Positions 45,147 through 58,700 of a DNA stretch of 64,000 bases are shown one piece after another. The translations under genes and the position numbers were made by a program. The DNA comes from Takakia lepidozioides (lineage: Eukaryota > Plantae > Bryophyta). The notes under the pieces were generated by a model that was not told the DNA's origin, ran no database searches, and was given only the letters and a program-made list of their open reading frames with translations. The DNA is taken from contig CM060732.1 of the NCBI GenBank assembly GCA_030704615.1, positions 23,064,001 to 23,128,000 of the forward strand, given 5' to 3'. Numbering within the stretch: position 1 is the stretch's first letter; each line of letters opens with the position of its first letter.

Positions 45147-48100
45147 GCAAATTTTCTTGTGAGTTGTATCAGGAAACTGGCGCCTTACGAAAAGGGAGTC
45201 AGTTATTGTTCGTGGATGGGATAATATCCGGAACTAATGTGTCGTTGTTGGTGGACACAGGAGCGTCGCACTCCTTCATGACACTGGCAACGGCACAAAA
45301 GTTGGGACTCCCGACAAGTGACGTGGGGGCCTCTATTGAGGTGCGTTCTGCCAAAGGAGAACCACAGTTGGCGACAAGGTTGGCGTTTGATGTTCCTCTT
45401 CAACTGGGGAGTTGGGAGGGACGTGAGAACTTCACCATCTGCGAGATCGATGGAGTAGATCTCATTTTGGGGATGACCTTTTTGAGCAAATCCGGAGCGG
45501 TCATAGATGGCCGCAAGAGAGTAGTCACGCTGCCATGTGGGAATGGTGGCGAGGTCTTACGAGTGTCGGAAACGCCCAAATCCGTGGGAGGGCGAATAAA
45601 CCTTCTGTCAGCAAAGGAGTGGGCCGTGGAGGAGGCACACGAGCCCCAATTTTTGCTTTACATTAGAGAAGTGAAAGGAGAAGGCGATGGGGAGCCGAGC
45701 CCAGATTGGATCAAGGGGATTTTGGAGAAATACCAGGATGTGATGCCGGAGGATTTACCAAGCGGTTTGCCACCGCGAAGAGGAGTTGACCACAAGATTG
45801 AGGTGATACCGGGATCGGAACCGCCTACCAAGGCGCCCTACCGGTTGAGCCACAGAGAGTTGGTCGAGCTGAAGACTCAGCTCAAGGATCTAATGTCAAA
45901 GGGGTACATCCGGCCGAGTAAGTCACCTTACGGAGCCCCGGTGCTATTTGCAGACAAGAAGGATGGGACGCTGCGGATGTGTGTCGATTACAGGGCTCTG
46001 AATAAGGTGACTATCAAAAACCGGTACCCTTTGCCAAGGATCGACACCTCTTCGATCGGTTGGCAGGAGCGAAGTATTTCAGCCGGATCGACTTGCGCTC
46101 CGGCTATCATCAAATTCGGGTGGCGGAAGGAGATGAGGAGAAGACCGCGTGCAGAACAAGGTATGGTTCATATGAGTTCTTGGTGATGCCTTTTGGGCTC
46201 ACCAATGCACCAGCGACATTTAGCACGCTGATGAACAGCCTTTTTCAGGAGTGGTTGGATGACTTTGTGATCGTGTACATCGACGACATCTTGGTGTATT
46301 CGAAAACAAAGGAGGAGCACCTGGAGCACCTCAAAAGGGTGTTCCAGAAATTGCGAGAAGGGAAGCTGTATGCCAAAGCTTCAAAGTGCGAATTCGGGGT
46401 CACAAAAGTGGAGTTCCTGGGGCATGTGATTACACAGGATGGGATCAAAATGGATGACAGAAAGGTGAGGGCGATCTTGGACTGGGAGCCTCCGACTTCG
46501 GTCCCGGGAGTGCGATCCTTCCTAGGACTCGCCTCCTATTACCGGAAGTATGTGAGAAATTTCGCCAAAATCGCGGGGCTGCTGTCAGACCTTCTGTGTA
46601 AATCTAAAGTCTGGGCATGGAACACCTTTTGTGGCCAAGCTTTTGCTGAATTGAAGCAGCGGATGGCGGAAGCTCCAGTCTTGAAAATCCCGGAGTTCGA
46701 TCGTCCGTTTGAGATACATACAGATGCGTCGGACTTCGCGATTGGTGGGTGTACTGATGCAAGATGGACGTCCAGTGGCTTACGAAAGTAAGAAACTGAA
46801 TGAAGTGGAGCGACGGTGGCCGACGCACTAGAAAAGAGATGAAGGCGGTGGTGCACTGTCTTGAGCTCTGGCGCCACTATGTTGGTTCCAACCCAGTGAA
46901 GGTGTTCACGGACAATGTCACGGTGAAGTATTTTGCCACGCAGCCCAAATTGTCCCCAAAACAACTTAGGTGGCAAGATACTTTGGCGGTGTTCGACGTG
47001 GATATCCAGTACAAACCGGGACGAGACAACGTGGTGGCCGATGCTTTAAGTAGAAAGCAGCAGCTCTTGTTGGTGTACAAGGGCGAGACGACGCTCCAAA
47101 GGAAGATCCGGAAGGCTTGCCGGAAGGATGAGCTGGCAAAGTCCGCGATGCAGGACTTGAGGATGGGGGGTAAATCGCAGTTCCACTTGCAAAATGGACT
47201 GCTCCGGTATAAGCAAAAACGTCTCTACGTGCCGAAGGGAGGGATCAGAGATAGCCTCTTGAGAGAATGCCATGATAGTCCGCTTGCGGGCCACGGAGGA
47301 GCCAAGCGCACTGCGGCACTCTTGAAGAAAGAGTATTTCTGGCCCAAACTGAGGGAGGAGGCAGAGGAGTATGTCAAGACATGCACCACATGCCAACAAA
47401 ACCGGAGCGAGTACAAAAAGCAAGCGGGGCTGTTACAACCCTTGCCGATTCCAGAGGGGACTTGGGAAAGCGTCTCGATGGATTTCATGACTGCTATGCC
47501 GCTGTCAAAGGATTCGATGCAATCATGGTGGTGGTGGATAGGTTCAGTAAAATGGGCCATTTCATCCCCACCAAGGAGACGGCAACGGCGCAGGAGACAG
47601 GGCGACTTTACTTCGCCCACGTCTTAAAGCATCATGGAGTCCCGAAGGATATTGTCTCGGACCGCGATCCAAAGTTTACGAGTAAATTTTGGAGGGCACT
47701 TTGGAAGAAGATGGGGACGAGGCTGAAGATGAGCACCGCCTTCCGACCTACGACCGACGGCCAAACAGAAAGAGTGAATTCCGTAGTGAAGCAGATCTTG
47801 CGGAATTACGTGTCGGCAGACCAAACAGACTGGGTGGAACACTTAGACGCGGCAGAGTTCTGTTATAATAACACAGAACACTCCGCAACGGGAGTTTCCC
47901 CTTTCGTATTGGTCTATGGAAAAGCACCTCTGGTGCCGACAAGTTGGGCCGCCCAGGACGTTGAGAACCGGCAGTAGCGGCGGTACTGGAAGAACGCGAG
48001 CGTTTGTTGAAGCTCGCAAAGTACAACATTGCCAAAGCTAGGAAACGGTATGAAAGGCAGGCGAATCGGAAGCGGAGGGAAGTGAAGTTTGAGGCAGGCA

Positions 48101-48527
48101 CAGAGGTCTGGTTGAACATCAAGAATTTCTGACTACCTCCGGAAGTGAGTCCGAAGTTCGTACCTCCGTATGCGGGACCCTTTCGCATTCGGAAGGTTAT
48201 GAATGAGGATGTGTATGAATTGGAGCTGCCGGCAAACAGCAAGGTGCACCCAGTATTCCATGTCTCCCTTTTGAAGCCTTACTTCAAAGATGAAGCGCGT
48301 CCGAATCGGCATCAAGTGTTGCGTCCGCCACCTATGCTGTTGGATCATGAAAATGAACCTGAGTACGAGGTAGAGGGAAGTTCAGGAACCGAGAAACGGA
48401 GTATCTCGTCAAATGGAAGGGCTATCATCATGTGGAGGCATCTTGGGTGCGTGCCTCAGAAATGGGAAACGCATCCGAGGCGGTCGCAGCTTTCGAAGGG
48501 CGACCTCAAAAGCGGAAGAAGCGTTGA
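45147..48527 (+). pseudogene. Chromovirus Pol (PR-RT-RH-INT-chromodomain), several frameshifts/stops
   Basis: [11 protein letters not shown]; YIDDILVYS; [11 protein letters not shown]; HDSPLAGH..CTTC; SDRDPKF..TDGQTER; PPYAGPFRI; chromodomain EPEYEVE..EYLVKWKGY..EASWV. Confidence 0.95.
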
Positions 48528-49432
48528 TGGGGACATCAACCTTGGAGCATGGGGGAGGAAATGTATGTTTAGCCCGGCTTAGCTAGCTTAGGAATCCGAT
48601 TGCAAAAACTTGTATTGTACAAAACGTGCTATAAATGAAACGGATTCCAAATGTTGTGCGTCCTATTTTGTTTGGAATAGTGATGCATGGTATGGTTGGC
48701 TAGTGTGTAGAATGCATGCTAGCTTATAAAAGTGGGAGAGGTAAATTGGGTTAATCGTGTGTTTGTGTAGTGCCGAAATCGGGTGACCCCCATCCGAGGG
48801 GCAAGGAAACTTGCGCCTTCTTTGGGAGTTCGCGTGTTAGTGCGCATCTGGCGCGTGCGCGTACTATAACTGCGCTACCGAGGGGGTTGCCTTGTAGTGC
48901 GGGCTAACGCGGAAGCCACGTGCTTCCGTTCACGTACTATAATCGTGTAGCCTCGGGACGAAGTCGTAGTGCGGCTTTGGCGTGTTCCCGTACCTCAGGC
49001 CAGCATTCCAAGGCGGACCCAATTGTAGTGATTGGGGTGCACGGTTGGTTCAAAGTTATCTTCCTAGTCAAAGAGGGTTCCAGGTGAACCCTTGCTCAAG
49101 GTGATACCAAAAGCGGCATCATGAGCGGTCGCAAGCAATGTTGTTGCAGTAAGGCGATTCGATCCTCGGGGAGGATCGTTCCTTGGCCTTGAAGTAGGCC
49201 GAGAAGAGTGCACTGGGAGGAGCTTGAGAGGCTCTACCCTTGGCCGGGACTTGGAGGAAGTCGGCCGAACTAGCTAGTGGAGAGTAGAGTCAAGTGTGGG
49301 GTTTGGTTCTTTGCCATGGGACGCCATGGTACGGAAACAAACTCCTTGATGTGGGACGCCACAACTTGGATGTTCGTTTCTACAAAATGGACAAGTCGAT
49401 GAGGACATCGACTCCCTGTTGGTAGGGGTGTG

Positions 49433-50128
49433 TGTCGCGGCCCTTTGCCTTGAGGGCAGGGGGTCGGGACACATGAGGGGCTGCCCCTGTGGTGGGGGCA
49501 GCGGCAGCGATAGGTATGGGGGGCTGAAGCACCCTTGAGTGCCCAAGTGTCGCGGCCCTTTGCCTTGAGGGCAGGGGGGGTCGGGACGCATGAGGGGTTG
49601 CCCCTGTGGTGGGGCAGCGGCAGCAATAGGTATGGGGGGCTGAAGCACCCTTGAGTGCCCAAGGCACCCAAGGAGGCGGAGGCGCTCACTAGGTGGAGCC
49701 CCGCACACCGGGTTGCGGTGGGGGTGGCTCCACAAGGGGTGGTGGTAGCTTAGCGGGACTTAGTGGGGGTGGCATAGGACTCACCATGGGGGCGGAGACC
49801 TCGTGGTGGGAGTCGTGGGGAGTCTTGGGACTCATCACGGTCCATGGGGGCCGTGGTGAGTGGGCCAAGACTCACCGCGACTCATCACCGGGAGTCGAGG
49901 GTTTTCGTGGTGGTTCGCCATAAAATGGCATGGCTGGTTGTGAAACCCCCGCGGACAGCTACATAAGTATATATAGGGAGTAGTAACCCCGAGAACGGTG
50001 CAAGCCCGTTGGTGACCAAAAACTAGTGAGTAAGCGAGCGAGCCGGAAAGCGACCAAAGAGTGGGGAGCTGTTCCGGACTGCCATCTACCAAAGGGAAGG
50101 GGAGCTTACCGAAGGGAGGTGCGCGACA
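49433..50128 (+). repeat. 3' LTR (696 bp)
   Basis: Near-identical to the 5' LTR but lacks ~144 bp. Confidence 0.96.
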
Positions 50129-52714
50129 TAGCATTAGCAGTGTTGACACCACCTACGGATGTACTTGAGGACATTCATTTATGGAACATGAGAGGACACA
50201 CTCTCCGTTTTCCGTTGCACCACCATTTCTCTTCCCACCATCCGTTGTAATGAGCACGGACTACAATGAAATTCACATCCCGTCATTGAAACATTCTATC
50301 CCCCGCTTCCTGCGAATTTGAAAGTGTTTTCCTTCTAAACATTGCTCTCCAATTCAACCGTGTGCATTCAATAAAAGTTTTTCAACAGAGATGAATATGT
50401 GCATAGTCCAGTAGACAGTCATTCGACATATGCCATCACACCAATATTTGGTTGGATGGATGGAGGATGAATGTTTTTGGATGGATGTGACCTGTGGATG
50501 AATGTTGCATGCATGGATGGTCCCATGGATGATGTCAGTGCGCAGTATCATGCACAGGGGCGGGATGGCGAGGTTCACTGTCGGGGTTGAGGTGGGTCCC
50601 TACGGATGACAAGGGTTGGGGTTGCAGGGTAAATATGGATGAAGACATGTTTCTGCGGTAATGGGTCCTCTTCCACTGAAATAGACGCCGCATCTTTCCC
50701 AAAATCATGCCACGTGTCCTGGGCTCACACTCTAGCATCCCCCGCCAATCGGCTAATCACGAATACATGTGTCTGTGCTGCCATTGGCCAGCCAGATTAC
50801 GAACTACTGCCATCACACATAAGTGGCCACATAGGATGACCCTGATCCTAAACAACTAAAAGACAAGCTTAACTTAGTATGGCTTAGCCGTGACAGCTCA
50901 TGCTAGCGTGGAAACGTCATAGCTCATACGGCTCCATCCGCGGATCATTCATCCAGTCCAAAAGTAAGGTACAGGGTCTTGTGTCATAAACACTGGCTCA
51001 TTTGGTGAATGCATGTTACTTGAGCATTGATGAAGAGATGTAGTTGTTGAGCAGGCGATTAGTTATCACTTCAATAAATTTATAGGGGTGCCTAAGTTAC
51101 AAAAAAAGTTATTATTATTACTATTATTACTTACCAAACAGTGTGAGATTTGACAAGAATAATAAGATTTAAGATAATTAGTAAGAGTATCCCCCCCCCC
51201 CCTATACTTGTCATTTGAAACAATGTCCTATCGTTAATCCAACCCAAATCAGAATCCCCAAAACAAACAATGGGCATCAACCACATTTGCAGTAAGATTG
51301 ATGATATATGTTTTTTCAATTGTAATAATCTGCTGCACGTTGGGAGGTTGGATCCACAATCAGATTGTGGCTTCTATCTTATCGCAGATGGAATACCACG
51401 GAGTTTCTCAAAAACTTGATCCCCTTGAAACTGCCCCCTTTTCAGGCTTGGGCTCTTTTCTCTCTCTATCTACATATATATAAATCGAAAGTGTATGGAA
51501 ACGGATTATTCAAGGCTTTTCCTCCGTCTTACAAAACTCCCTCATCACACTGAACTGTGAAGGTTGTAATTTATAAAAGACCACACCAATTGGTGAAAAT
51601 TCTAGGATGCAAATTAGTTTTGAACCCTTTTTTTTGTAATAAATCCAGATCAGATCTTCTTTCCTATAATCAATGGACCTAATATGACACAAATGCACTT
51701 GAAAGTTAATTTTGCCATTTAATAACCTTGTATACCCCACAGTGGTACCCAAATCAACCCTGGAATGGAATCTAAAGTGTTCCTTAGACATGGACTTTTT
51801 CACTATCCCAGCTCTTGACAGAGCCGTCATAAGAAGAATTTAAGGTTCACCTTTGCTTTTGCCAAGCGAAACAACTTACTTGTTGGGAGCTCCCAAGAGT
51901 TTGGCACCCTTTAAGCAAATTTTAAATTTATTTATCCAAAAGGGAGAAAATTGATAATGTCAATAATTTCCAATTTAACCGGTGGACGTTACACCGAGTT
52001 TATCTGGCCTCTCCGATCTCATCCCACCTAAGTAGTCCTCAAAAGGAGTGGATTAAACGATTTTTCACATAAGTTAGTTCAACTTAGTGCCATTGCGATT
52101 CGCATGCTCTTTTATGGCGGAAAAAAGAGTGACAATGGGATACCCAAATCATTGTCACTTATTTGGGTTTTTGGGATCTTTCTAGTCTAGTAGTAAGTGA
52201 TGCACATTTGCAGAGCTAATAAGGGGGCGACACATGTCACAACATCATTGCGTGTGGAACACGTGTGAGAGTGGTTGTGAGATCATTACATTTCCTACCA
52301 GATGCCGGCACGTATTGAGGTGACAAGTAGTTATTGTCCCCTCGATGGGTCCCATTAGGCACAAACGATATGGGATAATAATTAATGACTGGCACGGCCT
52401 TTCCAAGTCATCTGAACATCGTAGGTATCTGCAATTGGGGCGGGTAACTCATTATAACTCATTTAGCGCGGACACGAAGAAACAAGAACCGAGGTTGCTT
52501 TAAAAGTACCACGCCGTTTCTTTCCACTTTTTCATCCCGTCTTTCCTCGTACGGTAAAGTAGAGCCGCGCACATTAAGTGCGGAGTGCATCTCAGCCGAC
52601 GATGGCGAAAGAAAGGTACGCTGCGTTAAAGACGATGAGGGGGGCGCCAGGACGTCTTTCTTCTCACTCTCGCGGGGGAAAGAACGAGAGAGGGAGGGTG
52701 CGAGAGGGAGGGAG

Positions 52715-55700
52715 ATGGTGCAGGCGGGGGGAATTGCGGCCCCCGTGGTGGCATCGGCGCCCACGGCATGCCAGGTGCAGTGTGCGGGATGCAGGCGCAT
52801 ACTGAATGTGCCATCTGGAATTCTGAATTTTCAGTGTCCGAAATGCAAGCTGCCGCAGGTGCTGCCGCCGCAGCTGAGGCAGCAAGGGGTGGCCCGGGGG
52901 ATCGACAATACCAAAATTCAGCTGCCGTGTGCCAATTGTCGTGCGGTTCTCAATGTGCCGCCGGGGCTGACCAGATTCGTGTGTCCGGAGTGTCGAGTGG
53001 AGCTGGCTGTGGATCCGTTGAAGTTGGCGGCGTATATGAATTCGCTTGCACAGATCAACGTGTATGGAAATGGCCAAACGGCGGGGATGGCGGCGAGGGG
53101 AGGCCTCTCTGGCGGCCTTGGGGATGGAATAGATACTCCTTGGAACAAACAACTCGGGGGACCTAATTTACCCTTGGACGAGGTGAATGAGGTGATTGAT
53201 TCCTGCTCACTGCTCTCCTCCATTAAGCTGGTCGGGGTTTTAAGCTTTCCTCTCTGGCAAATCTTGATTGTTTTCGAACCAGACTTTAGCCACTCCTGTT
53301 TGGATGCTGGCGTCTAAGCATTGGAGCTGCAGCAGAATTGAAACAGCATGGATTTGACCTAATGCTACATTGGCCACTGTGGCGCATGCCACAGTATAAT
53401 CGAGATAACTTGAGGCATGAAAGAAGTGAAGAGGCACTTTTGTCTTTCTGACCATCTTCCTGCACGGAAAATTGCGCATTGGAAAGCAGGTGATTTTGTA
53501 GATGTTTGAATAATGTCTGAGCTCAGATCTCAGAAATAAAGATAAAGCTTGATTGATGGTTGAGTAGTAACATGGGGAGCATTTGACATCAGAATTATCC
53601 AGAGCCTGTAGAGTAATGCCACAATACCAAGGAGAGGAGTGTTATGCCTGCATCTTGTGATACCTACCATACGTTGCCGTTTGTATCAGGATCTAATGAT
53701 TCACAGTAAGAAGACAGGTTTTGTCATGCACATTTGCAAATGTCGCAGCTCTTGTTGCTTGGCTTTCTTCAGAAATCCAGCCAGAAAGGCCTGACTGAGC
53801 TCTCAGGTTTGGGAATGGGAGAGGGTTGCCTCTGAGTGTGGCTGTACGGTCAATTCATGCGCAGTGAAGACACTTTGCTGTTAGAAGTTCTATATCATTG
53901 CTCTCATGCTGATTGAGTCTCTACCAAATTGAATGTCAGGTAGCTTTGGAAGTGGAGCAAGAAGAGGATGAAGGTGGAACTGCTGGAGAAACCTTCACAG
54001 ACTATGTGTGTACAGCATTGGCATGACTATACTTCTCTGTGTAAATGCTGTCCATTTTCTTTACTGTTATGCTCGCGCTTCAAGAAGAGTTTCTATCTGT
54101 TGCATAAAACAGCTAGCTGCAGTGTTGCTTGTCAAGCCCCTTTCTAGGTTTCTATTTGCAGAACTCTCAGATTTGTGATCAGGCTGCTGGTCGCTCACAA
54201 CAAAGGATGTGCATTGGTCTCCAGTAACCGCTTTCGTGCCTGCATGTGTGTTGAGTACTGTAATACTTGTGCACGTCTTGTGAGTAACTGCACACTTGAC
54301 TCACTGTGGTCCTCACACAGCGGCCATCCAAGCTATCAATAGGGCCTCCGCATCCTGATCCAATCGTGGAGACAGCGTCACTGTCAGCTGTGCAACCTCC
54401 AGAACCAACCTATGAGCTTCTAATCAAAGAGGATATCGAGAAGTCGGGTAGTCTCTCATGTTTGCAACTGGAAACCATTGTCTATGCTTCTCAGGTAATT
54501 CAAGCTTTTGTGGTTCATGATCAGTGTTCCAACCACCATTTTCCTCTACATTTCCTACCATGGTATTTTAGATTGTAACGTGTGCATGCAGAATACTTGT
54601 CTCTATGTTAACTCCACAATTTATCTATCACATGCATGTGACAATTCTTATGTTACATTTGAGTATGGCACTCTATTTCACCTCAATCGGTGAAGCTAAA
54701 GTTGGAACAGTTTCTGGCTCAAAAAATCATTATTGATGATGGTATGACACTGACCACTGGGAGTTATTGGGAATGATGTTACCTGCAGAGGCATTTGCAA
54801 CATCTTGCGGATGGAACAAGAGCAGGCTTCTTTCTTGGAGATGGAGCTGGGGTGGGTAAAGGGCGAACAATTGCTGGCTTAATCTGGGAAAATTGGAAGC
54901 GGGGCAGGCGCAAAGCACTGTGAGTACGGGAGAGACATGCTTCTGAGGGTTTTTCCTGTCACCCATGAAATTCGTAAACTATCCTTGAGTCGCCTCTTTC
55001 TGGTAAAATATGCAGCCCCTGGGGTTACCTCTGATGCTGCTAATCCATCAATGAGTTTCTCAGTACCTTGTACTCTCATTCAGATAATTTCCTAACATGC
55101 ACGAGTTGATCACAAATGGTGGAGGGCAGATGGCTGTCTGTTGGCTCAGATCTCAAATTTGATGCTCAGAGAGACTTGGACGATGCTGGTGCAACAGCAA
55201 CGGAGGTTGGTGCACCACCAACAGATCTGCTCGGTAAGTTTTACAGCTTAATACAAGTTTTCTTGTGTAGCCTATTTACTTGACACAATCGACTCGAGGA
55301 TCCGTTTTTCTGATGGGAAGGACGAATCAATCAGAAGGGTCTTGCGTGTATTTGTATTGAATGTTGGTGTTGGGTCTATGAAAAGCAGAGCGACCTTGAG
55401 AACTCTGTATCCTCATGGCTGATTGAGTGTTTTCTGATATCTGAACAGGGTGGTAATCAGTTTTTGTAGTTTGAACACGTTAGGAAGTTTTCTTTCTTGG
55501 TTGTAGGTCGTTGCAGCACTGATGTGTGAACTCCTTGCTGTGACAAGATCTGTGTATGTGATTCGCCCCAAACTTTTGAAGTCAGAACATGTAATGGTAG
55601 AGGAACTGTCCAGAGCCAAAGCTAATTCTGGTTAAGCATCTTCTGATAAGGCAATTAATTGACTGCATTCTGTTGCCAATGCTCAGTGCACCCCTTGAAC

Positions 55701-58700
55701 AAGCTGCCTTATGCAAAGCTGGACTCTAAGGCGGTGGGTGTGAAGGAGGGGGTGATATTCCTCACATACAGCAGCTTGATTGCATCATCGGAGAAGGGGC
55801 GATCACGTTTGCAGCAGCTGGTTCAGTGGTGTGGTACCGGGTTTGATGGGCTTCTAGTGTTTGATGAGGTTCTATGCACCGCTTTTACCCTGCTTTTCTA
55901 AGATACTGGATTATGGCTGCACATACGCTCCACGAGATATGCCATTTCCGTTTGTGGTTTTCTCTTAGGCTCAGTGGGTTTCCGCATGGTTCGTTCTGCG
56001 ATCATACTATTGTCATTGTTGATGTGCGGATGAGTCTTCTTTGTGTCAGTAATGCAAGAACGCAGCATTGTCTGAATTGCTTTATGTGACGTGCTGTATG
56101 TTTCTGTGTGTTTCTTCCATTTGAGTTGGAACCCAGCTTCTGGGCCACATGGGCTGTTTTTCATGTACCCTGCCTGCGCCTTAAAGCCTCTAGCATGATC
56201 CAGTAGCAGCCTGCAGCAGCAAAAGTAATGTCTGCATTTGTTTTTGACATGCTATTATTTGTATCTGTCTAGTAGATGTAGATAGATGTATACGTGAAGT
56301 GTCTTGGATGTTGTTGTGTTGTCAGTTTCATTATATCTAGCGGCACTGGGGATTGTGCCATGGGTTGAAGGATGTGGTAGCTGAAAATGTTGTGTATCCT
56401 GAAACAGTGTCACAAGGCCAAGAATCTAATACCCGAGGCTGGAGGGCAGGCCACGCGCACTGGTGAGGCAGTACTTGAACTTCAGGTACAGCATCTATCC
56501 CCCATCCAGGAATTACCGGTTCTTGGGTGAAATGAGGGCCAGAGCAACTGTAATTGTAATTGGGAAGTGCGGTCAGCCTAACTTTGTTAGAACTCCCGGA
56601 TTGATATCCAGGCAGGTAAATCCCGGCAAATGATATACCGACCCTACACTGCTGTAAACATGTAAGCTACCAACATATTGATACCCAGACCCGGCCTAAA
56701 TCAGTACTTGAGGATTGATACTTGGCATGTATGAACATTTCAAATATCCGGGGTGGATTGATACCCAGTGGGTAGGATTAATTATAATACCCGGATGGAT
56801 TGCCGGTGATAATTTGCTGAAGCTGGTATGAGGGGGTATAGACAAGTTTAGGGTTAGAAGAGAGTGGTTACCAGATTTTATCCTTCACCACCTCTTGCAC
56901 CCAACTTCTCTATATAGGCCCACATCTCGATTTTTAACTATTGTTCTGGTCTATATCCGAATTAATCCAATGTTCATCAACTGGGTATGAATAAGAGATT
57001 GATAACCGGCAAAATTTCATATATGATCCAGCGGATATATCTAATTGGAAAATATTCTCTTACCTGGATCGGGCAGGTAAATAAATCTATGATATTTAAT
57101 ATCTGGATCCGGTGGTTTAAAAAAAAGTGATATACCCACCCAACACTGGTTTACACCCTAAAAGTCTCTCTGCAGACAGCCTTGCCTTACTAAGCTTTTC
57201 AAGGGGAACGACTTGCGTACGCACTCAGTGATGGGGGATGGAAGACCAGGGATGGGAGATTCTTGATATCCCCGATCCTGGTCCCATAATGGTGGAGTTA
57301 CTGGCCACCTAGTCAGGTAGCTACCCTCCCGTGTTTGATGAGAAAGACAGGTGGTTGCAAAATTTAGTCTACATGTCTTGATATGGTGTGTCTAGGAGCA
57401 TAAGTAGACATCAAAAGTCTTATGGGTCCTTCCTAAGTGTGTTGCACATAGGTGGTGAGGGTACATGCACTGATGAATGGGATCCTCTGCAGGCCTTGAG
57501 AGGGCGGGTACACGTTGCCATCTGTGGCACTGATCCCGTATTTGTTCATGCGGGGGCATGGGGAGGCAGAACAAGTTGAGGGAAGCCCGCATTATCTACT
57601 GTTCAGCTACTGGAGCATCAGAGCCCCGAAACATGGGCTACATGGCTCGTCTTGGCCTATGGGGAGCTGGCACCGATTTCCCACAGTTCTCAGCTTTCCT
57701 TGGTCTGTCCTTGGATGTTCGTTTTGCCTCGTTTCTTTCGTTACTGTTGTTTGTCCTTGTGCTTGCCAGATCCGTGGCATTGTGCTTTTGCCATTGTTTC
57801 TCCTTACATGAGGTGCAGGGGATCTTATAGTGGGGGCAAACTTTTGGCAATTAGCAGTTGTGCAATTCAAAGTTCTAGCTACAATTTCCTGCATTTTTCT
57901 CTTCCAACCTTGTCAGTGATAGACAGAAAAACAGAATCACCAGCTTCTTGTTACAAACTTCATGGACATACTGAGTTTTGGTTGCCTTCTGACTCATGGA
58001 CCTTACCTCAGGTGCCTTGGATAAGCGAGGAGTCGGGGCACTTGAGCTTGTGGCAATGGACATGAAGGCTAGGTGTGATTTCCACCCTTAATCAAGCCTT
58101 GACTTGGTTTACTTGCTACTCAGAAATGCAGGAGTTTTGTATTAGCTTAGGATTGTGTTGTCATGTGCAATTTAGTGTGCTCTTAAAATTCAAGTCGACC
58201 TCACACATGGCCTTAGGAGAGCTTGCAATGTTTGTTTCGGATTGCACTATCTGCCACTATCTAGGAACACTTCATATTGAGGATACAACTGACGAATCTG
58301 TTGAAACTGAATGGGCCTCTTGCAAACAGAGGCATGTATGTGTGCCGTACACTCAGTTTTAAGGGTGCTGAGTTTGAAATTGAGGAAGTACCCTTGGAGG
58401 AGAAGATGCAGGTCAGTAACAGGCTTCATAAGAATTCATTGTTGCAGGTTGTTCTGTTATTTGTAGCCTAACTTCCTCTTCTTATAGCCCTTCGCTTTAA
58501 AGGTCTGTTGTGCTGATCTGCGGCAGGATGCAAATAATCACTTTGTTTGTCATGCAGGTCATGTACCTGAAAGCATGCCATTTTTGGAGTACTTTGCGAG
58601 TGGAGCTTATGTCTGCCTTGGATGGACTCCAAGAGAAGAAGCCCAATCAAAATCAGCTTTGGCGACTATATTGGGCAAATCATCAGGTGCAGCACCTTCC

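Larger units (their letters stand above)
43088..50128 (+). mobile_element. Full-length Ty3/gypsy chromovirus LTR retrotransposon
   Basis: TG..CA LTRs at 43088-43927 and 49433-50128; TSD TAGCA at 43083-43087 and 50129-50133; Met-tRNA PBS; G-rich PPT-like run at 49421-49432. Confidence 0.97.
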
